Positions 25,573 to 40,686 of a stretch of DNA of 64,000 nt are shown here, in pieces. The notes beneath the pieces are model-generated. The model did not search any database. It saw only the letters and a program-made list of their open reading frames with translations, and was not told the origin of the DNA. Every line of letters begins with the position of its first letter. The stretch's first letter is position 1. Origin of the DNA: Eledone cirrhosa. Its lineage: Eukaryota. The translations under genes were made by a program, and so were the position numbers. The stretch lies in contig OZ024741.1 in the NCBI GenBank assembly GCA_964016885.1, positions 323,392,001 through 323,456,000 on the forward strand, read 5' to 3'.

Positions 25573-26223
25573 AAATAATAATAATAATAATAATACGTTT
25601 ATTACTGGAACTGTTACATTATTGGTGCTTGTTATTTTATTTTTGGCAATTTAACTCAGTTTTAAGTATTAATCTAACCTGTCTATAATATTACTTCTAA
25701 ACAACTGTCATATCTCTGTTACTCTACTCTATCCGCATCATTACTTTCTACGTATTTGGACGCCTGTCTCTTGTCTAATTCTCTTATCACTTATCTCTGT
25801 TTCTTTATTTACCTCATTGCCGCTTCTTTTTATTAATTTTCCTCTCTTCAATGCTGCTGCATTGACGTATTTTTGTAAAGCGGATATCATGCCAATTTAT
25901 CTACTGAATCGGTGCAATATAATAATATGCAATGGATCTCCGTCAGTTTCGACGACAAGTTGTTCAGGTTGTTAGATTAACTGAAGAGCTTGTTCGTTAA
26001 AATCAACATGAAAATAATTCAGAGACACTTGTAAACTCAACGTAATTCTCAGGGAGATTCAGTGTGAAACTCCCTTAGAAATATTTATGATTGAAATATT
26101 CACGTCATTTTTCATGTATTTGCCTGAGATCTGAGAACTACGTTTAGGGGACATGTTTATGTGGAATGCTCAGACACTTGCCGGTTAAATTTACGATCGA
26201 GCAACTGGAACACATGTCGTTGG

Positions 26224-26551
26224 AACCTACGGAGATCAAAGATCACCAGTACCACCAGTACCACCAGCACCACCAGCACCACCACCAACACCATCAACAA
26301 CAGCAACACCAGCACCACCAGCACCACCAGCACCACCAGCACCACCAGCACCACCAGCACCACCACCACCAACAACAGCAACAACACCAACACCAGCACC
26401 ACCACCACCAACAACAGCAACAACACCAACACCAACACCAAAACCACCAACAACAGCAACAACAACAACACCAACACCAAAACCACCAACAACAGCAACA
26501 ACAACACCAACACCAAAACCAACACCAACACCAACAACAACATCAACAACA
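26224..26551. repeat. Compound (CAC/CAG/CAA)n trinucleotide repeat
   Basis: Read directly from the sequence. Confidence 0.95.
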
Positions 26552-27239
26552 ATATTCCTGGATCACATGGGTGAACCGTCTGATACCACATTTAGTTCTA
26601 CAAGACTGTTTATTTTAAAGTCTTTATTTTTATTAACAATAAAAAACTTATGTTCCAAACAAGTTAAACCATGAAAAAGTTAGTTATTTTATTAAATCCC
26701 CCCAAAATCTTGATTATTTTTGCAATTATTTGAAAATCACACGCAATGCTTTTCATAGGAAATATTATATCGAGAGGGGTAAACTGTTTATATTTTTTAT
26801 TTTTCTTGTACTAGAATTTTTTCAATACGCTGACGCTTATGTGTATATGTGTGTGCGTGTGTGTATGTGCATATACATACATTCACACAAACACACATAT
26901 ATTTGCACAAACACACACATACACACACATACTCACACATAGCGTAGCAAATGGAACGCCAGCCGGTGTTTTGCTATAGTTTTTTCATAGTCTCCTTCCT
27001 TCCGCATTGTGTGACGGACGGACGGAGTCGCTCAAATTTATACATATGTTTTAACTTAGATATAGAAAATATAAAACATAATCCTGTCCCACGGGAGATC
27101 GACTTCGCCTTTTACGCTTCTAGAATCGATGCAATAATTACCAGTGGTTTACTGGAATCTGTTACAACAGCCGTCCTCCACCCGCTACAAAAAGCGCGAC
27201 CTTCTATGTCTGTGTAAGAAATCAATATTATCACTCCCA

Positions 27240-28231
<992 letters not shown>

Positions 28232-28233
<2 letters not shown>

Positions 28234-29322
28234 AGGCTGCGGCATCTCTACGTATTCCTCACCGGACAACCGGTGTGGGCCCCGTTCGTGAGGCGAGCCT
28301 TCCCACGACTCGTCTCACTGACCGAGCTGCAGTCCTGGGTCAAGCAGAGACCGAGGAAAATGGGCGACTGGCACATCGAATGTGCTCAGGCGCTCACAGC
28401 CCTCTGGCAGGCGGACCCGGCGATCAGTGGAGACTCCACTTCGTCATTCTATAGAGGGTTGGTCCGCAGCAAGTGCGACGACGCGCTCGGTGAAACTCTA
28501 GGCGTGGAGGAAGATGAACTGGCCAGTCTGTTCGGTAGGACCTTCCGCCCGGGACCGATGGACAACTTCCAAAAGTCCCTGGCCTGGCAGTGCTACCGAG
28601 GAGCTCTACCAGTTCGAGACAAGCTCTACAGACATGGGCGCCCGGGCAGGGACCCTGCAAAAAAGATCTGTCCGAGGTGCGTGCGAGACGAAGAAACCGT
28701 CGCGCACGCATTCATACACTGCCCGGGCGTCACTGACCTGTGGGGATATGTAGAACGACTATTGTCGCGGGTGGGACCAATCCAGTTGACCACCGAGTCC
28801 ATTGTCATGATCAAACCGCCACCCTCCTTCAAAAACGAAGGAGAGGCGGTTTTCCTTTGTGTGATAGCTATGGCGAAAGAGGTTGTATGGTGGACAAGGT
28901 TGAAAGGGCTGAGGTCAGACACCTTTCTCTCCGGCCAACAACTGATTCTTTTTTTCAAATACCACTTTGGAAGAAGAATCAGGATGGAGAGAGAGGTGCT
29001 GTACCCCAGCAAGTTTTATGAAAGGTGGGTGAAAGTGGCGAGAATGGCCCGAGTGAATGGGCCTTCTCTCTATATCAGCCTGTAGATTGAGGAAAAGGAG
29101 GAGGAGAGGAAAGGAGTACAAGCTCTTCGTACTCCTGGAGATGAGGGTTGCACATTTTTTTCGGGGGTATGTGTTACCCATATAAACTGTTTCCCTCTAT
29201 TGGGGAAAATCGACTAACTTTTAAATTCCATCTGTGATAACATTTTACACGTTTTTATTGTATGTAAACTTCCCCCTTTGTATTTGTCCCCTTCTTTTGT
29301 GCCCCTGTGGCTAATAAAGAAA
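28232..29322 (+). mobile_element. Tx1-like family A, 5'-truncated
   Basis: ORF2 C-terminus to 29085; (TCTA)n on both flanks. Confidence 0.92.
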
Positions 29323-29324
29323 TA

Positions 29325-29380
<56 letters not shown>

Positions 29381-29381
<1 letters not shown>

Positions 29382-29756
29382 CTTTTTTTCAAATACCACT
29401 TTGGAAGAAGAATCAGGATGGAGAGAGAGGTGCTGTACCCCAGCAAGTTTTATGAAAGGTGGGTGAAAGTGACGAGAATGGCCCGAGTGAATGGGCCTTC
29501 TCTCTATATCAGCCTGTAGGTTGAGGAAAAGGAGGAGGAGAGGAAAGGAGTACAAACTCTTCGTACTCCTGGAGATGAGGGTTGCACATTTTTTCGGGGG
29601 TATGAGTTACCCATATAAACTGTCTCCCTCTATTGGGGAAAATCGACTAACTTCTAAATTGCATTTGTGATAACATTTTACACGTTTTTATTGTATGTAA
29701 ATTTCCCCCTTTGTATTTGTCCCCTTCTTTTGTGTCCCTGTGGCTAATAAAGAAAC
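29381..29756 (+). mobile_element. Tx1-like family A, short 3' copy nearly identical to the preceding one
   Basis: Repeats about 28948-29322; TATC repeats on both flanks. Confidence 0.9.
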
Positions 29757-29772
29757 ATATCTATCTATATCT

Positions 29773-32700
29773 CTGTGATGGACACGTGTTAAACTTGCTC
29801 GGTAAGTTTTGTTTAAATTTCTTTAGAAATTCGTCATTGTGAACTTTTATTTTTATACCACTTTGTAGAGGGACTGACAGGTCAAATTTTGATCTGGTCA
29901 GTCTCCCAAAATATCGTGCCTCTCAGGGCAAAAACATCCAACATATTTTCGAAAATAATTTTGCAAACCACTTGAATTTAAAAAAAAATGGCCGAAGCAA
30001 AGGCACCTACTTCTTTGTCAATACAAGAAGATGGGAAGGGAAAGCCATGCCTACTTGACCAGCAGATAGTAGCATACATGGACAAAGGAATGCCAACATT
30101 ATCGCCTCAACATTTAGAAGAGGAACAAGCTTCAGCTGCTTGTAAGCAACTGAACACGTCTGACGTCACAAACGTCACATGTATCCACACACAGAAGGAA
30201 GAATGTGTAGCAAATACTAACACAACCACAAGCAACAACAACAACAACAACAACACAATAAATGAGAACAACAACAACACAACAAAAGGAATCAAAGGCA
30301 ACACAACGAATGAGACCATCATCACCACCACCAACAACAACAATAAAATTTCATTTGCAGCAACCGTTGCTAAGCAACATGATTTTAAATATTACCCCAT
30401 GGACATTTCCCAAAAGTCCCAATATTTGGAAGAAGCTTCCAACTATGTGACGTTTGAGGGAGACACTCCGCACATACACATACCCCCAGAAGTAAGAGAT
30501 ATGACACAGAAAAAGAAACTGATCTATAGAACAGTTGACATCATTACCAAAAAACCCATAACGCTCCCAACAAGCACTATTGAAGCTGCACTAAAAGACA
30601 TCATTCCAGACGTGGCATACCTCCAAAGAGGTAAACAGTATGGAAGTGTGTCAGTGCTCTTTAAGAGCAAAACTCTGGCATAAAAACACTCAGACCCACC
30701 CAATAAAAACGGATCAACACATCTTCTTCCCCGCATACATGGGAAGAAGATCCTACAAAATAAAAATAACCAGGATCCCAGCAGAGGTCAACATATGGTG
30801 GATCCTACGTTGTATCCTGAAGAAGGATGAGGACACCCTCCAATCTGTAGATAGGACAGACCGGAATAACTGGTTTGGAACCTGCATCGAGGTTCTGGTA
30901 CAAATGAGGCCAGAGAGAGTTGAGAAAATCCCGGACAGGATCGTCCTTGAAGAAGATGTCATCTCCATTTTAGAGGAGGGGAAAAGACCTTAGTGCCATA
31001 AGTGTGGGAAAACCACACACTTAAAGGCCTTTTGCCCTCTCTTAAACAAACCGAGGACAAACAAGGTGTTATTACCAACACCAAAACCCCAACATCAATA
31101 CCCCAAACCAAACACAACACAAAAAACTGCAACATCCACTCCCACACCATCACAGACCAGAGACAACCACACAAAATCCCACTGAAAAACCCTCCATTGC
31201 CTCCTCCCTCCCTGTCAAATACGTCCGAAAACACCTGCACAAACACTCCACCACACAATATACCCCTCCCACCTACCCCTGATTCAGAATGCTCAGACAC
31301 GGGAACCTCTACATCTCCAAGTGAGAATGAAGAGGAACCCGAAAAATACAAAAAGCAAAAAAGAGACAAAAAACCCCACAAAAACAAAAACATCTACAGA
31401 AAACACGCACACATCTAATCCCACCATAAACAAATCGCCACAAACGACAAACACATCAACAACACAATCACCACCAACACAACCAAACACTTCACCAACA
31501 AAACAAACACCCACACCACCACAATCACAAACCACAACTACAAACAGAAACAGTACACATAAAAGAAACAACACATTACACATACATAAAAACAACAAAC
31601 AAGAACTAGTAGAAACTGTCCGAAAGGACCCTACTATCCAAACGGAAGGGAAAACCTTCCCCACCAACGACCCACCCCAAACCTCAAACTGGTCAGGGTA
31701 ACAACCCTACAACATGAAACATTGAAAGGGACCTTCCCACACGATGTGCCCCCCCCTGCTAAAACCCCCTTAACCGTGTCCTGCTAAAATGATTCCCTCC
31801 CTCCTCAAACACCCCCAATCTGGACATGGAGATCGAACAACCCGACCTCCAGGAAACGAAAAGGTAAGTGTTCCTGCCTTTTCTCTCCCTAACTCTTCTT
31901 CACCAACATGGCAACTATACAAGTTGGATGTTTGAATGTACGTGGCCTGGGCATGCCCTGGAAACAGGGCCAGCTTTTAAAAGATCTCAGGTCACATTGT
32001 ATAGATGTGATAGCCATCACCGAGTCCAGGATTCAAGACAAGCAGCAGCTAATCCCCATGTTCGATGACTTTGAGATTTACGCATCTCTCTGTCAGCCAG
32101 AAGGTGGAGGGGGAGTTGCTGTTCTGTTTCGAAAAAACTTGGATCTCAAAGCACAAACGATTCACTTGGACCCGGAGGGCAGCTTGGTAGTCCTGGACGT
32201 GAATGGTAGTGAAGGTGGAGCTTTCAGACTGGTGGCCGTATATGCCCCGACTGGGACATCGTGACCAGAGTTCTTCAAGCGTCTGGAGCCATTCCTGGGA
32301 ACGTCTCGCTCCTTAGTGTTAGCGGGGGACTGGAATGGCATCTGAGACGCACGTTGGGACTATGTAGGAACTTGTGATAATAGAGGGGGGGGGGGGTGTA
32401 GGGGTGGGGTGTAATAGCCTCAAATCTCATCAGCCAATTCCAACTGGCTGATAGATATCGACTAGACTTCCCAAGTGTATCACTGTGAACGTGGAGCAAC
32501 CGCACTGGCTCTTCTAGATCGTATTTAGATAGATTTTTAATTAGACAGAATGATAAGGAAACATTAAGCTGTCCACAAATGCACATGGTTGCTTATTCAG
32601 ACCACAAATTAGTCTCCTGCGTAGTCAACCTTGATAGAACACATAGACAGGGACCCGGGTACAGTAAACGGATTAGCACCTTAGTTAAGTGCCAGTTGAC

Positions 32701-35387
32701 GGGGGAGATCGTCAACAACAGGTGGTGGAGCTCTCTCAAGAGAGCAATTAGAATAGAATAGATATCATTTAGCAAGGAAGTAGCTTTAGAAAAAAACAAA
32801 ACCGAAAAGGAACTGGTAGCTAAAGTAGAAGAGGCACTTAGGAATGGCAGTACAGCTGACGTGCTAGCGGCGAGAACGGCACTAGACCAGTTCTTCAACG
32901 TGAAACACAAAGGTTGTATTGTCAGAAGTAGAACACGTGCTCTAAGAAACGAGGGAGCCAAAGCTGTTAGTTGGGCCCGGGTGGCAGAGGCGAAAAATGG
33001 CAACATATCCACAATTCTGTCATTGCAAGACAAAGATGGACGCATTCTACTTGAATCCAAGCAGATGTGCACGGCCTTCCAGCAACATTTTGCACAACTG
33101 TTAGGGCAAAGCGGTACGTCAAGGGAGGTGATGGACTTCAGTTCATACCTCGACGGCATACCACGACTCTCAAGCACGGATGCGAAGAGCTGCGAAAGGC
33201 CGATCACAGCGGGCGAAATAGAAGATACCCTAGGCCGCTGTGAGAAATGCAACTGGTAGCAGAACGGGAGGATTCCCAGTTCTGTAGGCAGAGGTGTAGT
33301 AACGCTGATCAGGAAAGATGAGAACAAGGGGGATGAGATAAGCAATTTCAGGCCCATAACTCTGCTCAACACAGAGTTAAAGATTTCGGCCAAGGTGTTA
33401 GCAGCGAGGCTGGCGCTTGTCGTCGAGAACCTGGTAGGGGAAGCGCAAACGTGTACAATCCCGACCAGGTCCATACACGACAACCTCCACCTCATGCGAT
33501 ACATCATAGAGAGGGTAGGGTATAAACCTGGCTTCGGTGGGGCTCTGATCAATTTAGATCAGTCTAAGGCATTTGATAGGATCTACCATCAGTACTTGGA
33601 AGCGGTTCTCAAGGCGGCCGGCTTCGGTCTCGTCTTCAGAGGCTGGATCGCTGCCATGCACACCAGCATCTGCTCGGCAGTCAAGGTGAATGGCTACCTA
33701 TCGGAGCCATTCCAAGTCATGCGTTCCATCCGTCAGGGGTACTCCCTCTCCTCCATTCTGTATGTACTGACTCTCGAGCCATTACTGCGGAAGTTGGAGC
33801 TGTTGGAGGGTATCCCGATCGAATCGGGACTGCGGAAAGCAGCGTCAGCCTATGCCGACGACATAACCGTAATGGTGTCGAAAACCTCGGACATCGGGGT
33901 AATCGGCAACCTATTACAGGAATACGAAACGTTGACAGGAGCAAGACTAAACCCAAACAAGTCTGTCGGTTTGCAACTCGGCACATGGAGAGGTAAACCC
34001 ATGCCTTCCGACAGTGTCGTTGGACGCTGGACGGAAGGACCGGTGAAATTGCTTGGGGTCTGGTTTGGTCCAGACCTCCAAGGTCACGACGAGGTCACGG
34101 CGAAGGTGTTTGCACTCACCCAGAAGTGGGCTGAGTGCAAACTCTCCTTGAAAGTTCGAGCGGAGGTGGCGAACACTTACATAGTGTGCGTCATCTACTA
34201 CCGCTTGACAGTCGTGCCTTGTCCCCGCGAATACCTTACCAAAATGGAACGCCTACTCTTTAAGTTCCTCTGGAAGAAACAGGCTCCATTGGTGAGGAGA
34301 TCCATCTGCTGTCAACACCCTTCTAACGGAGGGCTGGGCATGCCGTGGCTGATGATGCGCAAACACGCGCTGAGGCTACGCCATCTCCAGCTGTTCCTGA
34401 CCGGCGAACCTGTGTGGCTATCGTTTGTGAGACGAGCTCTTCCACAACTCGTCTCACTAACAGAGCTGCAGTCCTGGGTCAAGCGAAGACTGAAAATGGG
34501 CGCCTGGCAACTCGAGTGCCTTCAGGCGCTCACAGCTCCCTACCAAGCGGAAACGGCAATAAGCGGAGACTCCACTTCGACATTCGATAGAGGATTAGTG
34601 GAGGATAAGTGCGACGACGTTCTCGGGGAAACTCTAGGCATCGAGGAAGACGAACTGGCCAGTCTGTTCGGGAAGACTTTCCGTCCAGGACCTATGGATA
34701 GCTTCCAGAGATCTCTGGCCTGGCAATGCTACCGAGGAGCTCTACCAGTTCGAGACAAAATCTACAGGCACGGAGGCCCTGGCAGAGATCCTGCCAAAAG
34801 GACCTGTCCATGATGCGAGCAGGACATCGAAACAGTTCTGCACGCAATTGTTCAGGGGTGACCGACCTGTCAGCCGAGTCCATTGTGAGGATCACCCCAC
34901 CGCCTTCATTTAAGAATGAAGGAGAGGCGGTCTTCCTCTGTCTGATGGCTATGGCGAAAGAAGTAATATGGTGGACGAGGTTAAAAGGACTGAGGGCAAG
35001 CACCTTTCTCTCCGGACAACAACTCATCCCCTTCTTTAAGTACCACTTCAGAAGGAAGGTGAGAGTGGAGAGAGGTGCTACGCCCTAGTAAATTCGCTGA
35101 AAGGTGGGTGAATGGGCCTTCTCTGTATATAAACCTGTAGGTTGAGGAAGATAAACAGAGGGAAGACGGGAACACCTACAAAACGTGTTCCTGGTGTTGA
35201 GGGTTGTTCTATCCACGGGGTGTAAAACAACCCCGCAGTAGCGTTACCTCCCTAATGGGGATTTCAATTGTTTTATTTTTATATAGTTTATTGTTATTTA
35301 TCATCGTTAAAGATTTTATGTAAAACCCCCGCCGCCACGTCTTGTAACGTCTCATATTTGTACGCCCCTGTGGCAAATAAAGAAAGA

Positions 35388-35388
<1 letters not shown>
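29773..35388 (+). mobile_element. Full-length (~5.6 kb) decayed Tx1-like family A element
   Basis: ORF1 29988-31867 with stops and frameshifts (CHKC...H...C knuckle); ORF2 31908-35140 broken; 3' end GCCCCTGTGGCAAATAAAGAAA-GATATC followed by (TC)n. Confidence 0.92.
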
Positions 35389-35462
<74 letters not shown>

Positions 35463-35756
35463 TGTAATCCTACATCCTGATTAAGCGGCGCCGATACAGC
35501 AAACCTTCCCTATTTTATATACAATGTTGTGTGTAGACTTTCAAATACGTACTTATAGACCATTATATTTGTGCTTGTGTGTGCTTGTATGTGCTTGTGT
35601 GCGCTTGTGTGTGCGTCTATGTGTGCTTGTGTGCTTGTGTGCGTGTGTGATGTGCTTGTGTGTGTGTGTATGCTTGTGTGTGTGTGTGATGTGCTTGTGT
35701 GTATGTGTAAATACGTGTGTGTATGTGTGTGATTATATGTATATATTCGTATGTGT

Positions 35757-35840
35757 ATACAAAGTGTCCCCCGAAAATGCATACACACCTCAACAGCATT
35801 CTAATAAATATATGTATACAATTTTGTGGGACAGCCTGTA
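35757..35840. mobile_element. Tiny Tc1/mariner-type MITE
   Basis: Imperfect TIRs (TACAAAGTGTCCCCGAAAATGCATACA...TGTATACAATTTTGTGGGACAGCCTGTA); inverted homologue at 41054-41150. Confidence 0.6.
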
Positions 35841-36744
35841 TGTATATATGTATGTATATATGTATGTAAATATGCGCGTGTGTATATGTGTGTGTGTGTG
35901 CATGTGTAGATATCTGTGTATGTCTACATCTTTGCGTGTGTAATGCGCTTGTGTGTATATGTGTGTGTGTGTGTTGGCCTCACTGTTAATCAGAAGATAC
36001 AATTTCCTTTCGTTTGCTAATTATCAATCACTTAATTAAAACAAATTGTAAGTAGTAATAAACACACACACACATGTACACATACATACTCGCATAGATG
36101 CTCACATAGACACACACATACATACATATGGATACAAACATTCACACACTCATGCACTTGCACACACAAATATACACACGTACTCGCCCACATACACAAA
36201 CTTACAAGCTCACATTCAGACACACATACACACACACACACACAGATAAACGCATACACGCATATATATATGCACACATATACGCACACATACGCACAAA
36301 CACGCACATATATACACAGACAAACATATACAGGCCAACACAGACACCGGAAACAGCAACAAAAATGAAGATTACAAATAATAAATGAATACTAAATTCA
36401 AAGAAAGTAAGAACACACACACGCATATGGACATACACAGACACACAGAAACACACACAGATAAATACACATACACACACGGACATACATGCACACTTAC
36501 ATATAGAGATACAGATATACACAAAGGCACATATAGACACAATCACACACAGACCACATGCACACATACATACAGAGATACAGACATACATAAAGGCACG
36601 TATGGACTCACACAGACACAATCACACACAGACACACAGATATACAGATATACACGTATGCACATAGAAACACAACGTCACACACAGACATAGAGAACCA
36701 TACAAATGCACACATTCTCATAGAAACACAGACACGCAGAAATA

Positions 36745-37532
36745 CCTATTGGCTCACCAGTAGATGTCTCCGTCCTACACCTACTGAATATCTACCTGTA
36801 CGCTCAGGCACCTCTTAGTGGAGAGCATTACGTAGAGCAGCCATGGGCAACCTGCGGCCTGCGAAGCTTCTGAATGGCTCACCTAAGTCATCTAAGTGAA
36901 ATCTTTCTGATATTTTTACCCGAACTTTTCAGTCGTAATTTATCTTTCTATCATTTTTACGATCGAGGAAAACAACGTGTATGAATTCTGAAGAAACAAA
37001 TCAAAACAACTTGAGTTACTGCCCTTTTTTTATGTGGACACGAAGGTAAATTAGCGCTTGCGGTCCGCCTGATGATGTGCCATACCTCATGCGGTCCGCT
37101 TCTCGAAAAATGTTGCTCATACCTGACGTAGAGAGTAACCACGATCTCAATAGATCCAAGTCAACTGCTCCATGACATGGCTGAGGATTCTCAGCAATTA
37201 GACCAACGTCGCTTGATGTCACACCGCCATTTCTATCGTCAGCAAAGCTGCGACTCAGATTTCAACAAGCTTCAGACGTGGAGAGCTAGCTGGCAACCGA
37301 ATATCAACTTCAATACGGCCCTCATACCAGGCGCTAAACTCTCCCGGTGGGAGTGGGTGTCATTGAATCGGTCGAATCAATATAGCCATTTACCACTAAG
37401 TGAGTGCCCAGATCTCTGCCCACCTGAGACTATGGACTTCACACACGCTAATCTCACTATGGTGAACTCGTTACAACGCCTGGATGACATCACACAATTG
37501 CAGATGTCTCATACACAAGAAGAACCAGAAGA
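36745..37532 (+). pseudogene. Degenerate Ingi/Vingi-like LINE 3' fragment, interrupted by a MITE
   Basis: Remnants RCLRPTPTEYLPV and PGAKLSRWEWVSLNR; GAA-type tail. Confidence 0.55.
36838..37125. mobile_element. hAT-type MITE (288 bp)
   Basis: TIRs CAGCCATGGGCAAC / GTTGCTCATACCTG; perfect 8-bp TSD ACGTAGAG at 36830-36837 and 37126-37133. Confidence 0.88.
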
Positions 37533-37780
37533 ACTAGCATCTTATTTTCATTAGCTTTACCAACGACCCGATAATGAAACATACACCAGAACATCATTGC
37601 CAACAGGAAACCTCCCACTTTGACGACGACGACGACGACTACCTCCAACACCACCACCACCACCACCACCACCATCATAACCAACACCACCATCACCAGT
37701 ATGTCTACCACAATGACAATGACAACCACCGCCACCAGCGCCATTACCACCCTCACATGCCAAAGCTTAGAGTGTCGGTG
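37523..37780 (-). repeat. ~260-bp segment, inverted copy of 47525-47787
   Basis: Reverse-complement similarity over the whole length. Confidence 0.9.
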
Positions 37781-37901
37781 CATCTACGAAGCGTTGAGAG
37801 GACAAAGTTTATAGAAAATGTAGTATTCTCAGGCGCAGAAAAATAACAGGAACAAGTCACAATTGGCCAGGTCAGGACCGTATTGTGAGTGTTGTACCAC
37901 A

Positions 37902-38001
<100 letters not shown>

Positions 38002-38143
38002 ATAGAAATAAACGAAAGATATATACTTTATATCCTCTCTATTTATTTTATATATATTTCGAAGAGCTGTCCAGAAATAGCCGTCGAAACGGCTTGAGCT
38101 CTGCCGTCGGGGTCATACATTTTTCTATATATATATATATATA

Positions 38144-38572
38144 TATTAGGTTGGACAGAAAGTTCTCGCCGTTTTTCAAATTTTTTATTGACTTTAGTGT
38201 TTTTAACATTAGGAAGATATTTTTGCAAGTCAATCGTCATCATTTGCGATTACCGTCTGTCATCGTTTAGGAAGGCACATGACCCCATCCCTGTATAATT
38301 CTTCTGGTTTCGATGCAAAGAATTTTGACATTGCTCATTGAGAGAAAAAGATGAAGTCATAAAGTAAACAGCCACAAAGAAACGATTTGGATAGATCCAT
38401 GTTGCTTCCCCTTCAACGGTGTAACAGAAAATGAGAAATGCACATAGTACATATCAACGTCACTTCTTATATATGTACAATCTTATGCATGCACATTCTT
38501 CAACATTTCCAGAAAACTCTACCAAAATACCTCCTTTTGAAAAGCGGCGGGAACTTGCTATTCAACCCAATA
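38144..38572 (-). mobile_element. Internally deleted mariner transposon
   Basis: TIRs TATTAGGTTGGACAGAAAGTTCTCGCCG / CGGCGGGAACTTGCTATTCAACCCAATA; minus-strand remnant [20 protein letters not shown]. Confidence 0.8.
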
Positions 38573-38894
38573 CATATATAATTGCAAATATGTGTATGTG
38601 TATGTGTTTGTTTGTGCGTGTATGTGCGCGCGTGTTTGTGTGTTTGTGTATGTGAAAGAGATAGTTTTATGATGGTTGATTCAATGTTCTGTTACTCTAA
38701 CACTTCTCCTGTATGTTTACCGGGTCATTAGACAGAAGAGTCTAACGACCCGGTAAACGTAAAGGAAAAACTTCAGAGTAACAAGACACTAAATCGGCAA
38801 TAATAGAGCTATTAATTCCTACTATGGTACTGAGTACTCATTCTCATGTTTTCAATACCAAACTGATACTTTTTCAACCTCAGTACATATATAT

Positions 38895-38939
<45 letters not shown>

Positions 38940-38944
38940 CATAT

Positions 38945-39822
38945 AGGTCATAAATACCGCTCCATCTTTAACCGACACAAAGTAAAACTAGGATACTCCT
39001 GCACTAAGAACATGAATGCCCACATCACCAACAGCTCTAAGAGCAACACCCCCACCAGGGTGCTCTTGCCGTAAGCCCGAAGCTTGTCCCCTTCAACAGC
39101 AATGCAACACACCCGCTGTAATTTATGAAGCTGTGGTCACTTCCAACCGACCAAATCAACCACAGGAGGTCAAATCCTATGTGGGTATGGCGGAGGGCCG
39201 ATTTAAAGAACGCTTCCTGAACCACCAGTCGATCTTTAGGTACCCAGACAGACGTTCATCCACGAAACTCGCGAGCCACGTATGGTCCCTCAAGGACTCA
39301 AGTATAGACTACTCCATTCAATGGAAAGCCATCACTAAATCCAAGCCATACGCAAGGGGAAATCCGTCGTGTGGAGTATGTATTGATGAACGAATACATA
39401 TTCTAAAGAGATTATGCTATAGTGATTGCCTAAACACGAGAAAATGAATTCTTCACACGTTGTCCACACGTCTCGAAACACCTCTTACATAACTACAAAA
39501 CTCCGGATTGAATCATAACAACATCCTAATTTTCTCATCAACTAGAAACTTTTCGGACTTTCGCAGTTATCTCCCTTACACTTCTCGCACGCTTTTTAGT
39601 ATTGCCTGTGTGAAGTGACGGTTTCCGCGCATGCGCGTTCGTACGGTTGTCCTTCCTGTTCCGTATAACCATGCCCATTACGAGCTGAGGATCCGCTAAG
39701 GTGAAACAATTGTTTTTGGTATGGTGAACTAACTGTTGTGTAACCATTTCCACTTCTACCCAACTCGTCCCATGGACTGAGTGCTCTACCACTACGGATA
39801 TTACCTTCCAGTGTTCTACCAC
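38945..39822 (+). mobile_element. Penelope-like element 3' part (linker, GIY-YIG endonuclease, pseudo-LTR)
   Basis: HKYRSIFNRHKVKLGYSC, CSC...CPL...C, VIY...YVG...FKER..NH, CGVC..E and LN; hammerhead downstream; (TA)n flanks. Confidence 0.88.
39678..39721 (+). ncRNA. Minimal type I hammerhead ribozyme in the Penelope pseudo-LTR
   Basis: CGAG-CTGAGGA-T-CC-GCTAA-GG-T-GAAA-CAATTG-TT-TTTG; weak G-U-rich stem I. Confidence 0.7.
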
Positions 39823-39932
<110 letters not shown>

Positions 39933-39953
39933 ATAAACAACATAAGGCAATTA

Positions 39954-40014
39954 TTTCATTTACCAGTGGTTTCTTAAAAGCAAAAAAATTTTGCTTTCAA
40001 TCATCAGAATGAAA
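39954..40014 (-). ncRNA. Type I hammerhead ribozyme with intact core
   Basis: TTTCATT-CTGATGA-[TTGAAAGCAA...TTGCTTTTAA]-GAAA-CCACTGG-TA-AATGAAA. Confidence 0.87.
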
Positions 40015-40285
40015 AAATCGTGGCGTATTTTTGACGTTGGATTTAAAAAACCTAGTATGTTGGTTAAATTCCTGAAAACTGTAGAGTGCTCAACTAATCG
40101 GGCTGGAAAGTGCCAATCGCATATGTAATATAGAATATGCTTCAATCAATCCCGGTTGGAGCTGTATAAATGAAGTAATTCCGTCGGAAAAGTCCAGGAA
40201 AAAAGAGTGCTCTATGTAGGTAACAGAGCTTAAAATGTAGGTAACAGAGCTTTAAAATCCAACGTCAATAAATACGCCAGGATTT

Positions 40286-40346
40286 TTTCATTCTGATGAT
40301 TGAAAGCAACATTTTTTTGCTTTTAAGAAACCACTGGTAAATGAAA
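40286..40346 (+). ncRNA. Type I hammerhead ribozyme, inverted copy, intact core
   Basis: Same fold as 39954-40014: 7-bp stem I and 10-bp stem II. Confidence 0.87.
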
Positions 40347-40469
40347 TAATTGCCTTATGTTGTTTATTACATAACTATTAAGCTCTGTTACCTACATAGA
40401 GCACTCTTTTTTCCTGGACTTTTCCGACGGAATTACTTCACACACACACACACGCACACACACACGCAC

Positions 40470-40515
<46 letters not shown>

Positions 40516-40558
40516 ACACACACACCCACACACACACAGACACACACACACACACACA

Positions 40559-40686
<128 letters not shown>

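Noticed and set aside
25930-26070. Possible degenerate second SINE family
   Set aside because: Single decayed copy in the window; boundaries cannot be defined without a library
26157-26618. Poly-Q/H or poly-T/N protein
   Set aside because: Trinucleotide repeat open in several frames, with no domain or splice evidence
32593-33552. Long antisense ORFs within Tx1 ORF2
   Set aside because: Typical shadow ORFs of GC-rich coding sequence, not conserved in extent between copies
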